Shown here one piece after another: positions 10,100-19,233 of a stretch of 64,000 bases of DNA; positions within the stretch are counted from its first letter, which is position 1, and each line of letters starts with the position of its first letter. Below the pieces are notes generated by a model. That model did not search any database, was not told the DNA's origin, and saw nothing but the letters and a program-made list of their open reading frames with translations. The stretch lies in contig CAZFJX010000003.1 of the NCBI GenBank assembly GCA_964519505.1, forward strand, positions 66,877 to 130,876, in the 5' to 3' direction. The stretch comes from an uncultured Desulfurococcales archaeon. Its GTDB lineage: Archaea > Thermoproteota > Thermoprotei_A > Sulfolobales > CAZFJX01. The position numbers and the translations under genes are program-made.

Positions 10100-11392
10100 T
10101 TACTTAGGTATCTTAGCCTTAATATATCTCTCTCTATCAGCTATAGGGGCTGTAGCGTCTATCCCTATCTTATCCGTAATGCCCTTAAACGCGCTAGGGT
10201 CTAACGATGAACCCCTAGCTGACTTAATGATTATTAAGTCCTTACTAGCCTGGGCCCTAGTAGCTATAGCCCACTCAACATCATGTGGGTTATCTACGTC
10301 TATATCTGTATCAACGACAACTACGTGCTTAAGGCTTGGATGTGCCGCGAAGGCCGCCAGTATAGCGTTCTTAGCATCTCCATCAACATTCTTCTCTATA
10401 GCTATAACTGCATGAAGCCATCCACTACCACCGTAAGTGAGCCTAACGGCTTTTACCTTAGGAACAACCTTACTCACTGAATACCATATAGCTGCCTCAC
10501 GTGGGAACCCCATAAGTATCTGGTGCTCCCTACCGCCTGGAAGGATTACATGAAATAGGTTGGATTGTTTATTAATGTATATGGACTCAGCAACAAAAAC
10601 AGGCTCCATCCTAACCTCATCATAAGTCATTAGTAGATCAACGAAAGGCCCCTCCTTAACCCTCTCCCTACTTAAGTACCCCTCAATAACTACTGACGCA
10701 TGGGCAGGTATCGGTAAGTCATGCTTAGGTGTTCTAACGACATCTAACCCATTAAGGAATAATGAAGCAATCTCCAACTCAAAAACACCGTAAGGAGGGC
10801 TAAATGCTGAGGCCAACATTACGGCTGGATGTACACCTATAACAACAGCAACAGGTAAGTCCTCCCCCCTCTTAACACGCTCTAAATACATCCTATATAG
10901 GTGCCTAGGAACTACCCTTACCGCGGCTTTGTTCTCATCAATAATCATTACCCTATGTATGGATGCATTAAGAACCCCATCTAAGGACCTAGATATGAAT
11001 ATCGCTGACGTGATGTACCTGCCTCCATCACCCTCATAAAACTTAATAGCAGGTAGCTTAGAGAGCGTTAAATCGGTGCGTTTAAAGTAATCACTAAACC
11101 CCACCTCCCTTAACTTACCGCGCTTGGTCTCTGCCTCAATAAACATCCTATAAGCTGAGACTATATCTGGGACACCTAAAGCCGTCATGACCTTCCTCCT
11201 AGAGTTAACTAAGTTACCGACACATAGGAAGCGTTCCTTACCCTTAACCCTAAATAGTGATGTGAGTTCTTTATCGTCGTCGCCCCAAAGGACCTTAGTT
11301 ACTTCATAAACATCACTTAGCGCCTCTCCATGCTCGGCAATGAGACCTAAACTCCTCAACTTATCTATGAATTCTTTAAGGCTTTTAGACAT
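10100..11392 (-). CDS. UbiD-family decarboxylase (probable anhydromevalonate phosphate decarboxylase)
   Basis: DGGRYIT, EGPFVD, VDTDIDV...VEWAIATR, KIGIDAT; in an operon with the AcnX pair. Confidence 0.85.
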   Translation of the reverse strand: MSKSLKEFIDKLRSLGLIAEHGEALSDVYEVTKVLWGDDDKELTSLFRVKGKERFLCVGNLVNSRRKVMTALGVPDIVSAYRMFIEAETKRGKLREVGFSDYFKRTDLTLSKLPAIKFYEGDGGRYITSAIFISRSLDGVLNASIHRVMIIDENKAAVRVVPRHLYRMYLERVKRGEDLPVAVVIGVHPAVMLASAFSPPYGVFELEIASLFLNGLDVVRTPKHDLPIPAHASVVIEGYLSRERVKEGPFVDLLMTYDEVRMEPVFVAESIYINKQSNLFHVILPGGREHQILMGFPREAAIWYSVSKVVPKVKAVRLTYGGSGWLHAVIAIEKNVDGDAKNAILAAFAAHPSLKHVVVVDTDIDVDNPHDVEWAIATRAQASKDLIIIKSARGSSLDPSAFKGITDKIGIDATAPIADRERYIKAKIPK

Positions 11393-11498
11393 CCCTTAAT
11401 AACCTTGTTACTTAATCAGTAATTAAAATTAAAAGTTTTAGTTATCTATAAATGAATTGAGGTCTTAAACCTAATTGGCTTATCGAGGTGCTTAATGG

Positions 11499-12770
11499 AT
11501 GCTAATGAAGTTAAGTATTGAGGAAGGGAGGGTGGTTAGGGTCTTCGGGCCTGCTAACATAGTTGTTGATAAAGGCTCAGTAATGGTTGTTGGTGCTGTA
11601 TTCAAGAGCAATGAGAGATTCGTCATTAACAGATTTAGGAGTTACGCGATTAAGGCTCTAGAGAATTCTGAGCTTTCAATAACGTTAGGTGATGGTGGTT
11701 CTGTTGAAGAACCTAAGGAAGGTGAGGAAGTTATTGATGAATGGGTTGAGATTAGTGAGTACGTGGTTAACAACAAACTAAGAAAAGTTATGGTCTTAGG
11801 GCCCGTAGATTCAGGTAAGACTTCATTAGTTACTTTCATAGCTAATTATGCGTTGGGTAAGGGATTAAAGGTAGGTATTATAGATGCTGACGTAGGACAA
11901 GAGGACCTAGCCCCCCCATGTTTTATAGCCTTAGCCATACCCAATAAGTACGTACTGTGGTTGAGGGAGCTGACATTCCATTCTATAAGGTTCGTAGGTA
12001 GTATAACGCCCTCAGGTAATGTGGCTAAGGTAATTCAAGGAGTTAAGTCACTCACTGATAAAGCTGAGGGTATGGGCGTTGACTTGGTAGTCATAGATAC
12101 TGATGGTTGGGTTAATAACTCAGCAGCCTTAGAGTATAAATTTGATTTAATTAAGATCGTGAAGCCTGACGCATTAGTAGTTGTTGATGAGTACCTCTAT
12201 GAGGTATTTAAGAATTTAGAACCCATAATCAAGGTTATTTACGCGCCAAGACCTAAGGTTGTTAGGGTAAGGAGTAGGGAGGAAAGAAAGTACTTAAGGA
12301 CCCAAGCATATAAGAGATTCTTCATGAATTCGAAAGTCAGGAAATTCAGCATTAATGAATTAACATTATTCGGTAGTTGCTTACTTAGCGGTAAGCCATT
12401 ACCTAATGAAGTAGTTGATAAGGTAAAAACCATACTTAGTCAGGAGGTATTGCATGCATCTCAGTATGGTGAGGTAGTGACTATACTTACTAAGGGTAGG
12501 AGTCTTAACGTACCAGCCCTTAGGGAGATCTTCCGTAATGTAGACATAAACCTACTCGCTAAAGGTGATGAGAAAGGTGTGTTATTAGCGCTTCTTAATA
12601 AGGATCTTGAGGAGGTTGGTGTTGGTTTATTGGAGAATTTAGACCTAGATAACGGTTTGATAGTCGTAAGGACATGCTACGAAGGTGATGTGGGAGGGAT
12701 CATATTCGGTAAGGTAAAGCTTAATAAGGAATTTGAAGAAGTTTTAAAGAGCTATAAGTGCGTTATATAG
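11499..12770 (+). CDS. Clp1/Grc3-type polynucleotide 5'-hydroxyl kinase
   Basis: GPVDSGKT, DADVGQ, IDTDGWV, RSREER..LR. Confidence 0.88.
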   Translation: MLMKLSIEEGRVVRVFGPANIVVDKGSVMVVGAVFKSNERFVINRFRSYAIKALENSELSITLGDGGSVEEPKEGEEVIDEWVEISEYVVNNKLRKVMVLGPVDSGKTSLVTFIANYALGKGLKVGIIDADVGQEDLAPPCFIALAIPNKYVLWLRELTFHSIRFVGSITPSGNVAKVIQGVKSLTDKAEGMGVDLVVIDTDGWVNNSAALEYKFDLIKIVKPDALVVVDEYLYEVFKNLEPIIKVIYAPRPKVVRVRSREERKYLRTQAYKRFFMNSKVRKFSINELTLFGSCLLSGKPLPNEVVDKVKTILSQEVLHASQYGEVVTILTKGRSLNVPALREIFRNVDINLLAKGDEKGVLLALLNKDLEEVGVGLLENLDLDNGLIVVRTCYEGDVGGIIFGKVKLNKEFEEVLKSYKCVI

Positions 12771-13473
12771 ATGCGGTGCTTGACTTAGTAACTCCCAAAT
12801 CAACCTTTATCCCCGAACGTAAAGCTATGTTTAGGGCGGCTTCTAGGTCCTGAGAAATCTCTTTAAGGTTTACATTATTTAGCGGTCTATACCGAGGCGG
12901 TTTAGATGAACTACTCTCATCTATTAACTCAACCTCCATACTTATACCGAGCTTTTGAAGATCCTTAAGAACGTCTATGTTAGCTAACTCACCTATCCTT
13001 ACGCTTAATACCTTAGGATTAAGATGCTTTATCCATGGTCTTACGCACTTAACTACCCTACTTAAAGACATGACCAACCCGTAATCAACTACATACCCAT
13101 CAGCTATTAACACATAAGCATATAGCTTACCAACATCAATACCTAAAACTAATTCACCAACACGTTCTCTCCCTAAGAGCTTAAGAATTATTCTCGATAT
13201 AACCTCAAGCACATTCTTCTCATTAGCCAGTACTAGGTTAGGTATATGTGACCTAACATTAAGTAAGCCCATAAGTTCATCATCCATTACAAATATATGG
13301 TCACTTAGGTCTGGAGCATCACTGAGAAGCTCCTTAAGTTCATTTATGGTTGAAGGGACGTAAAAATCTATATTAATCTTCCTTAACCTATCTATTACCT
13401 CTCTAAACACTTTAGGGTTATATATAAGTACCGCTACCTTAACCTTATAACACCCGATTAAGGAGGGCTTCAT
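12763..13473 (-). CDS. Hypothetical protein with RNase H-fold (YqgF/RuvX-like) C-terminal domain
   Basis: LGIDVG...VRIG...LIDESSSS...DLEAALNIA; true start may be GTT at 13443. Confidence 0.6.
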   Translation of the reverse strand: MKPSLIGCYKVKVAVLIYNPKVFREVIDRLRKINIDFYVPSTINELKELLSDAPDLSDHIFVMDDELMGLLNVRSHIPNLVLANEKNVLEVISRIILKLLGRERVGELVLGIDVGKLYAYVLIADGYVVDYGLVMSLSRVVKCVRPWIKHLNPKVLSVRIGELANIDVLKDLQKLGISMEVELIDESSSSKPPRYRPLNNVNLKEISQDLEAALNIALRSGIKVDLGVTKSSTASI

Positions 13474-13508
13474 TCGGTTTATAAGTGTTTTGATAATGGG
13501 TTACATGC

Positions 13509-14102
13509 TTAAGACACAGACCTCCTTAAGTTCTCTTCAAGTCTTTTTAGTCTCTTCTTACCCTCGAGTAATGCCTCATTAAATATCCTTAAGATTCCTT
13601 CAAGATCATCTCTAGTAATATATAAGCGTTCCTTATCCTTAAGTAATTGAGCTATCCTTATTCCTGTCCTTAACTCGGAAATTATACCTTTCTTACCCAT
13701 AGACATTATTCCACTATGCTTAAAGCCGGAATCCCTAGCTATTTTGATAACCTCTCTAGCCTCACTCAACTTTGCTGAATTAACATGGATTATAGGGCCA
13801 GTAACAATGAGCCATAACCTACTTACAGGTACCTCACTTAAGTATTTCACCACGTCATCAATACTTACAGTACTGTGTTTCTTAAATATCACTGTTGAGT
13901 CCTTCCTCTTCCATGGCATGACAGCATCAACTACGGTTATCCTACCACTACATGAGCTCGTTGTGAATGAGTACTTCCTCTTAAAGAAAAAGAGTATAAC
14001 ATCAACTATGTCTGAATCCATGTAACCTATCTCGATATCCTCAAGGACTCTCCTATAAGCCTCATCTTTAAGCCTTCTCCATAACCCCATATCAACAGGC
14101 AA
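13509..14102 (-). CDS. taw3: tRNA wyosine methyltransferase Taw3
   Basis: TTSSCSGRI, FKKH, PIIHV, GFKHSGI. Confidence 0.9.
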   Translation of the reverse strand: MPVDMGLWRRLKDEAYRRVLEDIEIGYMDSDIVDVILFFFKRKYSFTTSSCSGRITVVDAVMPWKRKDSTVIFKKHSTVSIDDVVKYLSEVPVSRLWLIVTGPIIHVNSAKLSEAREVIKIARDSGFKHSGIMSMGKKGIISELRTGIRIAQLLKDKERLYITRDDLEGILRIFNEALLEGKKRLKRLEENLRRSVS

Positions 14103-14108
14103 TAAAAC

Positions 14109-15074
14109 TCACCTACGCTTAGTATCTAAACCTATCATATCAATTAACTCGCAGAACTTACATACCTTACGATTAAGTGCTGTAGGCTCACCGCACTTAA
14201 TACATAGAGGTAACTCCTTAGGTAAGTGCTTAACTACATCATTAATTACCCCACCCAATAACTCATCGATTGTATTTAGTATATTAAGTAACGATCCAGG
14301 ACTTACTTTTTCCAACGTGTATAGGTACTCACGTAGTTTAGCCCTTAATGAGGGTCTTGTAGTTATGAACGGGCACTCAGTTTCCTGAAACTCAAAACCA
14401 CTAAAGTATGCGTAAACAGCTGTTTCCCATTCATATATTTTTCTTAAGGGCTTAACCTTACGTACAAAGTGCTTACTTAATTTAGGTCCTTTAGGGTGTG
14501 TCTGTATTAGCCTGATTAGGTCGCCACGTAAGATATTCATAAGTACTGTCTGAACCTCATCATCTAAGTTATGGGCTGTAGCTACCTTATCCATACCTAG
14601 CTCTCTAGCGTAGGCATTAATCACTCTTCTCCTTAAGATGCCACAGAAAGTACATGGGCTAATTCTTAGGCTCTTACTATCAGCTGCCTTAACGTACTCA
14701 TCTAGAGTGTACCCACTATACTCCTTAAACGAAGTGACTATATGGTCTACACCTCTCTCCCTAACGTACTTCTTTATCCTACATACTTCAGACTCTCTGT
14801 TATATCCGTGTATACCTTCAATAATTGTTAACGCAACTAACTTCTCTGTGTCATGGATTTTAGACATAACGTCAAGCAGCGTAAAACTATCCTTGCCTCC
14901 TGATATAGCTAGAAGTACCTTTTCGTTAGGCTTAATTAACTTATACTTAATTAATTCCTCCTTCACTCTCTTAACAATATTCCTCATGAAGCATTCCTTA
15001 CAAAGTCTAAGCCCTGTGTGTGGCTGATATATATTAGCCTTCCTAACACCACATACGTCACATTTCACTTTCAA
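14109..15074 (-). CDS. ncsA: tRNA 2-thiolation protein (TtuA/NcsA family)
   Basis: PP-loop SGGKDS, CTFCG, TAHNLDD, N- and C-terminal Zn fingers. Confidence 0.85.
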   Translation of the reverse strand: MKVKCDVCGVRKANIYQPHTGLRLCKECFMRNIVKRVKEELIKYKLIKPNEKVLLAISGGKDSFTLLDVMSKIHDTEKLVALTIIEGIHGYNRESEVCRIKKYVRERGVDHIVTSFKEYSGYTLDEYVKAADSKSLRISPCTFCGILRRRVINAYARELGMDKVATAHNLDDEVQTVLMNILRGDLIRLIQTHPKGPKLSKHFVRKVKPLRKIYEWETAVYAYFSGFEFQETECPFITTRPSLRAKLREYLYTLEKVSPGSLLNILNTIDELLGGVINDVVKHLPKELPLCIKCGEPTALNRKVCKFCELIDMIGLDTKRR

Positions 15075-15354
15075 AACTCCCTATAGATTCGTGGGAACCT
15101 GATTTAAATGCAGTTACATGGTCAATGCTATGTATGGCCGCACCTAAACTCTCGATTATCTCCCTTATTCTCTTAAAATCTATGCCCTCACCCTCGATTA
15201 TTATAGTTAGAGTAACTGTCTCAACGTCTATCTCATTAACATTTATAGATACTTCCTTCACACCATTAACATCCGTAAGTGCCTCAGCTAGTTCAATAAT
15301 AGAGGGGCCCTTTAGAGGTTTAAGTACATCAAGTACAAGTTTCTTTAACCCCAA
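15058..15354 (-). CDS. DUF211 family protein
   Basis: LVLDVLKP...EIDVET...GAAIHSID. Confidence 0.88.
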   Translation of the reverse strand: MGLKKLVLDVLKPLKGPSIIELAEALTDVNGVKEVSINVNEIDVETVTLTIIIEGEGIDFKRIREIIESLGAAIHSIDHVTAFKSGSHESIGSFESEM

Positions 15355-15487
15355 TACCTTAACACCGCCTCATTCCTTGATATGTAAACGCTAGTGGGTA
15401 ATTTAAATCTTAAGTAGTACTTTCTTAATGGGTTCTTATGTGGTTAAGTATTTAAACAGCCCATTAATAAGATTTAGAGGTGATTTC

Positions 15488-15739
15488 ATGGGTGAGGTTA
15501 AGGTCATCGACTTAGAAGGCGTTAAGCCTGTAGTGAAATCGCCGAGAATACTTAAGTTTAAGACCATGGAGGTAGGTACGAGAGTAGGACGTGGCTTTAG
15601 TGAAGGCGAGTTACGTGAGGTTGGGTTAACTTTAAGGAATGCAAAGAAGTTAGGTCTACCCATAGATAAGCGTAGACGTAGTGTCCGTAAAGAAAATGTT
15701 GAAATACTCAAGAAGTTTCTTGACGAATTATGTAAGTAA
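15488..15739 (+). CDS. rpl13e: Ribosomal protein L13e
   Basis: RVGRGFSEGELREVGL...IDKRRRS; GAGGTGA RBS before ATG 15488. Confidence 0.92.
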   Translation: MGEVKVIDLEGVKPVVKSPRILKFKTMEVGTRVGRGFSEGELREVGLTLRNAKKLGLPIDKRRRSVRKENVEILKKFLDELCK

Positions 15740-16819
15740 TTTAATTAAGTTAATAAGTACGTTAAGTAAGTGATTATCGTAATCAATCACTTTAACGTCC
15801 TTAATACCCAACTTGATCAAGCTCCTAATTAGTGAATCGTAAGTTCCGTAAGTACTTAAGATAAGTCTCAGTAACTTAATTTGAGAATATATGTTGAGTA
15901 CTGTGGTCAACATTAATCTAAAGTACTTAAGTTTATTAAAGTCTTTAGGGGGGTTAAATGATTTGGATATAGCCATTACTTGACGTACAGCACCATAAAG
16001 ACCCCCACCACTAATGGGCTTAACCATAAGTGCCGCATCCCCTAGGGCAAACACGTTCCCTAAGTAAGGTATTAATCTAGGGTAGCCGATGACTATGGAC
16101 CCTCCAAAAACCTTAATTACCTCCTTAACATTTATATTAAACTCCTTAACGGCCGTTTTTAGGAGGTACTTAAGTTTAATGCTCGGGTACTTACGTGTGA
16201 TTAGCCCTAAGAGCACTTTCCCGTCATAGCTTATTAGCCAACCAAAGAACCTAGTTAACTTACTTGAGGTAAGTACATATATCCCTTCATCAGGGCATCT
16301 ATAGCACTTAAGTAGATACTGAGCGCCCACTAACTTCTCGATTACTTTACCACATAAGTTAAGGAATATGGAGAGCCTTAATGAAGACCCCTCAGCCAAG
16401 AATACAGTACTGAACCTGCCTACTTGATTCTTTACGAGAACAGCCCCGTCGGGGCTCACCTTAGTAACTACGTGATTGACCTTGATTAAAGCCCCCTTAC
16501 TAGTTGCTATATTGGCAAGTAACTCCTCAATCCTGACCCTATCTAACTTCACTACAGGTTCACTTAACTTTAAAACCACGTAATCATCAACACTTAAGGA
16601 CTTAATCATTAACTCATTAAAATACCCTTCAATAACCTCACTACCTATGCCTGTAAGTCTTGAAATGTTTCTAAAGGTACTTAACGATACTAATCCAGTA
16701 CAGTGAGGGGGTCTACCAACTTTGCCATGTTCCTCAAAAACTACTACTTCATCACCTAATATAGAAGCTAAGAGTAGTCCTGAAAAACCACCACCTACTA
16801 TGGCTATAGGCTTATCCAT
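15728..16819 (-). CDS. Geranylgeranyl reductase-family flavoprotein
   Basis: IVGGGFSG, EEH..VG.P.HCTG, GDAALMVKPISGGG. Confidence 0.8.
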   Translation of the reverse strand: MDKPIAIVGGGFSGLLLASILGDEVVVFEEHGKVGRPPHCTGLVSLSTFRNISRLTGIGSEVIEGYFNELMIKSLSVDDYVVLKLSEPVVKLDRVRIEELLANIATSKGALIKVNHVVTKVSPDGAVLVKNQVGRFSTVFLAEGSSLRLSIFLNLCGKVIEKLVGAQYLLKCYRCPDEGIYVLTSSKLTRFFGWLISYDGKVLLGLITRKYPSIKLKYLLKTAVKEFNINVKEVIKVFGGSIVIGYPRLIPYLGNVFALGDAALMVKPISGGGLYGAVRQVMAISKSFNPPKDFNKLKYFRLMLTTVLNIYSQIKLLRLILSTYGTYDSLIRSLIKLGIKDVKVIDYDNHLLNVLINLIKLLT

Positions 16820-16887
16820 TTTACCAAATACTTAATTCTAGTAGTAATAAACTTTATATTAAGAGCGGGTTCATTGGTGAAGTATGC

Positions 16888-18000
16888 TTGGGTTTTAAGT
16901 GCCCTAAAAGGATGCTTAATGGGCCATGTAGTAGCTACAGGGATAATCTATGTGAACTAGGCAACGTTGCATGCCCTTGGATAGGTGCTTATAAAGTACT
17001 TAGTAAGTATGGTAAGTTAAACGAGTTCTTTAAGTTTAGGCTAGACCCGGATTTCGTGGTTAGAGACTATTACCCAGTAACACGTAGGTCTCAGACATTA
17101 GTTAATAAGTTGCTGTCAGGTAAGTTAATGGTTTTTTATGAGGTTTACATACCTAAGTACCATAGAGTGCTTAAACATTTAGAAGAGCTTAAGGAATTAG
17201 CCAAATATGTGGATTTCTATGTAATTCCTGACTCACCCTTCGGTTTACCAACACCTCATGTACTTACGGTAGCTACAGCCATTAAGTTACTTATTGGAAA
17301 TAGTGTTATAACTGAAATATCATGTAGGAACAAGACCAAGGAGGAATTCATTAAGTTAATACTCACATCACTTTCGCTAGGTATAGAAGATTTCATTATA
17401 ACCACGGGTGACTTACCTTTAGGCGAAGGGGGTGAGTATTACTTTGAATTAGATTCATGTAGAGCCACATACCTAACTAGGTTAATCGCTGATTTAGGTA
17501 TAGATCATAAAGGTAGGTATGTCTCGTTAGGCGGGTTTAATGTCTCTATAGGAGTTGTTACCAACCCTAACAGTAAGTACTTAGATCTTGAGGTAGGTAA
17601 AACATTAAGGAAGTTGAGATGTGGAGCTAATGTAGTATTTCTGCAACTTACCTATGACTTCAAGTTGATTACTGACCTAGTTAAGGCACTTAGAAATGAG
17701 GTTAATAACTTACCTATAGTACCCTTATTCGTCCCATTAAAGAAAGTTAGTGATGTTAACATGGTTAAGCACTTAGGCATACGTATAGGTAAGAACGTGA
17801 GGGAAAAAGCATTAGACTACCTACGTAAGGGTAAAGCGCTAGAACTAAATATCGAGTTATTAAGGAATCTAATCGAGGTCATGGACACTACTGGATTAAG
17901 CTCAATATATATATCTACATACGGTGACATAACCCTAGCTAAAGAACTAATTAAGGTTGTGAAAGGGGTTGGGAAGGGGCTAACGGTGTTACGGGGGTAA
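16888..18000 (+). CDS. metF: Methylenetetrahydrofolate reductase with N-terminal Cys-rich MetV/MTHFR_C-like domain
   Basis: CPKRMLNGPC...CE...CPW N-terminus, then PDSP, SCRNK, TTGD, GANVVFLQ. Confidence 0.75.
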   Translation: MGFKCPKRMLNGPCSSYRDNLCELGNVACPWIGAYKVLSKYGKLNEFFKFRLDPDFVVRDYYPVTRRSQTLVNKLLSGKLMVFYEVYIPKYHRVLKHLEELKELAKYVDFYVIPDSPFGLPTPHVLTVATAIKLLIGNSVITEISCRNKTKEEFIKLILTSLSLGIEDFIITTGDLPLGEGGEYYFELDSCRATYLTRLIADLGIDHKGRYVSLGGFNVSIGVVTNPNSKYLDLEVGKTLRKLRCGANVVFLQLTYDFKLITDLVKALRNEVNNLPIVPLFVPLKKVSDVNMVKHLGIRIGKNVREKALDYLRKGKALELNIELLRNLIEVMDTTGLSSIYISTYGDITLAKELIKVVKGVGKGLTVLRG

Positions 18001-18048
18001 GCCTCCCACCCGTAACACCGTTAGGGGGCTGGGGGGCGCCAGCCACCA
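17961..18048 (-). ncRNA. Candidate antisense small RNA
   Basis: TTTATTAA box (18079-18072) about 25 nt upstream; GC-rich; 16-bp perfect stem 17980-17995/18009-18024; 15 nt complementary to the speH RBS. Confidence 0.55.
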
Positions 18049-18144
18049 TAATACCTTACCTTATGTGAGGGTTAATAAATTTAGTCACCATAGCCTCATT
18101 TAACCTATGGAATATGTTGTGCAGTATTACTTTGGTTTACGATT

Positions 18145-18150
18145 AAAAAA
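18145..18150 (-). terminator. Oligo-U terminator after speH
   Basis: T6 run on the minus strand immediately after the stop codon. Confidence 0.45.
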
Positions 18151-18153
18151 TTT

Positions 18154-18552
18154 CTATTGAGTATATAGTGATCTGTCAGCCTTACCTAGAACTACCTTAG
18201 CTGGCTTCAACATATTCACTATGTACCTAAAGGCCCTTTCAGGGTCTGTATGCGCACCGCAAGAATAAACATCTACTGTAGCAAAATCGTATTCAGGCCA
18301 TGTATGTATAGTTATGTGCGACTCGAGCACTATAGCTACTACACTAACACCAAGCCCTATTTTCCATGACTTAACGTCAAGAAGAGTCATATTCCCTAAA
18401 CGGGCCGCCTCAATAACTATTTCTCTTAAAGTATCTTCGTCTTCTAACAACTCCCTATCACATTGGTATAGGTTAGCGTATATATGCTTGCCAATAACCT
18501 TAGCTACCTCTCTACGCTCCTCGAGCACCTGAGTTTGTGTACCCCATACCAT
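18154..18552 (-). CDS. speH: S-adenosylmethionine decarboxylase proenzyme
   Basis: [37 protein letters not shown] (pyruvoyl cleavage site E/S). Matches the crenarchaeal SAMDC pattern rather than ArgDC; ATG 18552 follows a G-rich RBS. Confidence 0.9.
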   Translation of the reverse strand: MVWGTQTQVLEERREVAKVIGKHIYANLYQCDRELLEDEDTLREIVIEAARLGNMTLLDVKSWKIGLGVSVVAIVLESHITIHTWPEYDFATVDVYSCGAHTDPERAFRYIVNMLKPAKVVLGKADRSLYTQ

Positions 18553-18588
18553 CTCGCCCCCCAGCCCCCACATCTTAATGCCATAAGG

Positions 18589-18630
18589 TATAGGGGGGGT
18601 CAACTATTTAAACTTAACCCCCCCTCTATA
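18589..18630. promoter_or_regulatory. Inverted repeat around a TATA-like box upstream of speH
   Basis: AGGGGGGGTCAA-ctatttaaac-TTAACCCCCCCT (11/12 match). Confidence 0.5.
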
Positions 18631-18701
18631 AATGGTATTTATGATCTGAAGACCCTCCTAAGGTATGTCCCCCTTAATGCCCTAGTTGTGTATTTTAATC
18701 T

Positions 18702-19223
18702 TTGGGGAAAGTTAAGAGTAGGTGTTGGGTTACGGCACTTAATGACCGCTTGATTAATGAGTTAGGCATTATTCGGGGGTCTAGGGATCTAGGGATCCAG
18801 TTACAGCCTGCTGGTTTCGACTTAAGTGCTTCAGAGATCCATAGGTATGTTAGTAGAGGTTTTGTTGGTTTTAGGAGTAAGAGATTACCTAAATATGAGA
18901 TTATTGAACCTAAGGATGGTGTATGGTACTTAGGCCAGGGTGTTTACCGCATAGTCTATAATGAAGTCGTTAGCGTACCTGACGACACCATAGGATTTTG
19001 TTTGCCTAGATCAACACTCCTTAGATGCGGGGCCACTGTATATTGCGCCTTTTGGGATCCGGGGTATATTGGTAGGGGCGAGGGTATTCTTCACGTACTT
19101 AACCCAAACGGGTTAGAGTTAGAGGTAGGTGCTAGGGTTGCTCAACTGGTCTTCATAAAGCTTATTGAGAAGCCTTCAAAAACATATTCAGGCTCTTACC
19201 AGTACGAAAGGGTTAAAGGGTGA
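18702..19223 (+). CDS. dut: dUTPase (trimeric dUTPase/dCTP deaminase family)
   Basis: QPAGFDL, PRSTLLRCG, WDPGYIGRG, RVAQLVF, YSGSYQ. Confidence 0.85.
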   Translation: MGKVKSRCWVTALNDRLINELGIIRGSRDLGIQLQPAGFDLSASEIHRYVSRGFVGFRSKRLPKYEIIEPKDGVWYLGQGVYRIVYNEVVSVPDDTIGFCLPRSTLLRCGATVYCAFWDPGYIGRGEGILHVLNPNGLELEVGARVAQLVFIKLIEKPSKTYSGSYQYERVKG

Positions 19224-19233
19224 ATAGTAAGTC

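Noticed and set aside
18154-18552. Arginine decarboxylase assignment
   Set aside because: Lacks the ArgDC-type GGKKGG/EESHIALHTW pattern; matches the SAMDC-type [19 protein letters not shown].
18553-18603. Extended speH start (MTPPIPY...)
   Set aside because: The extension covers the RBS and structured leader; ATG 18552 fits the family length.
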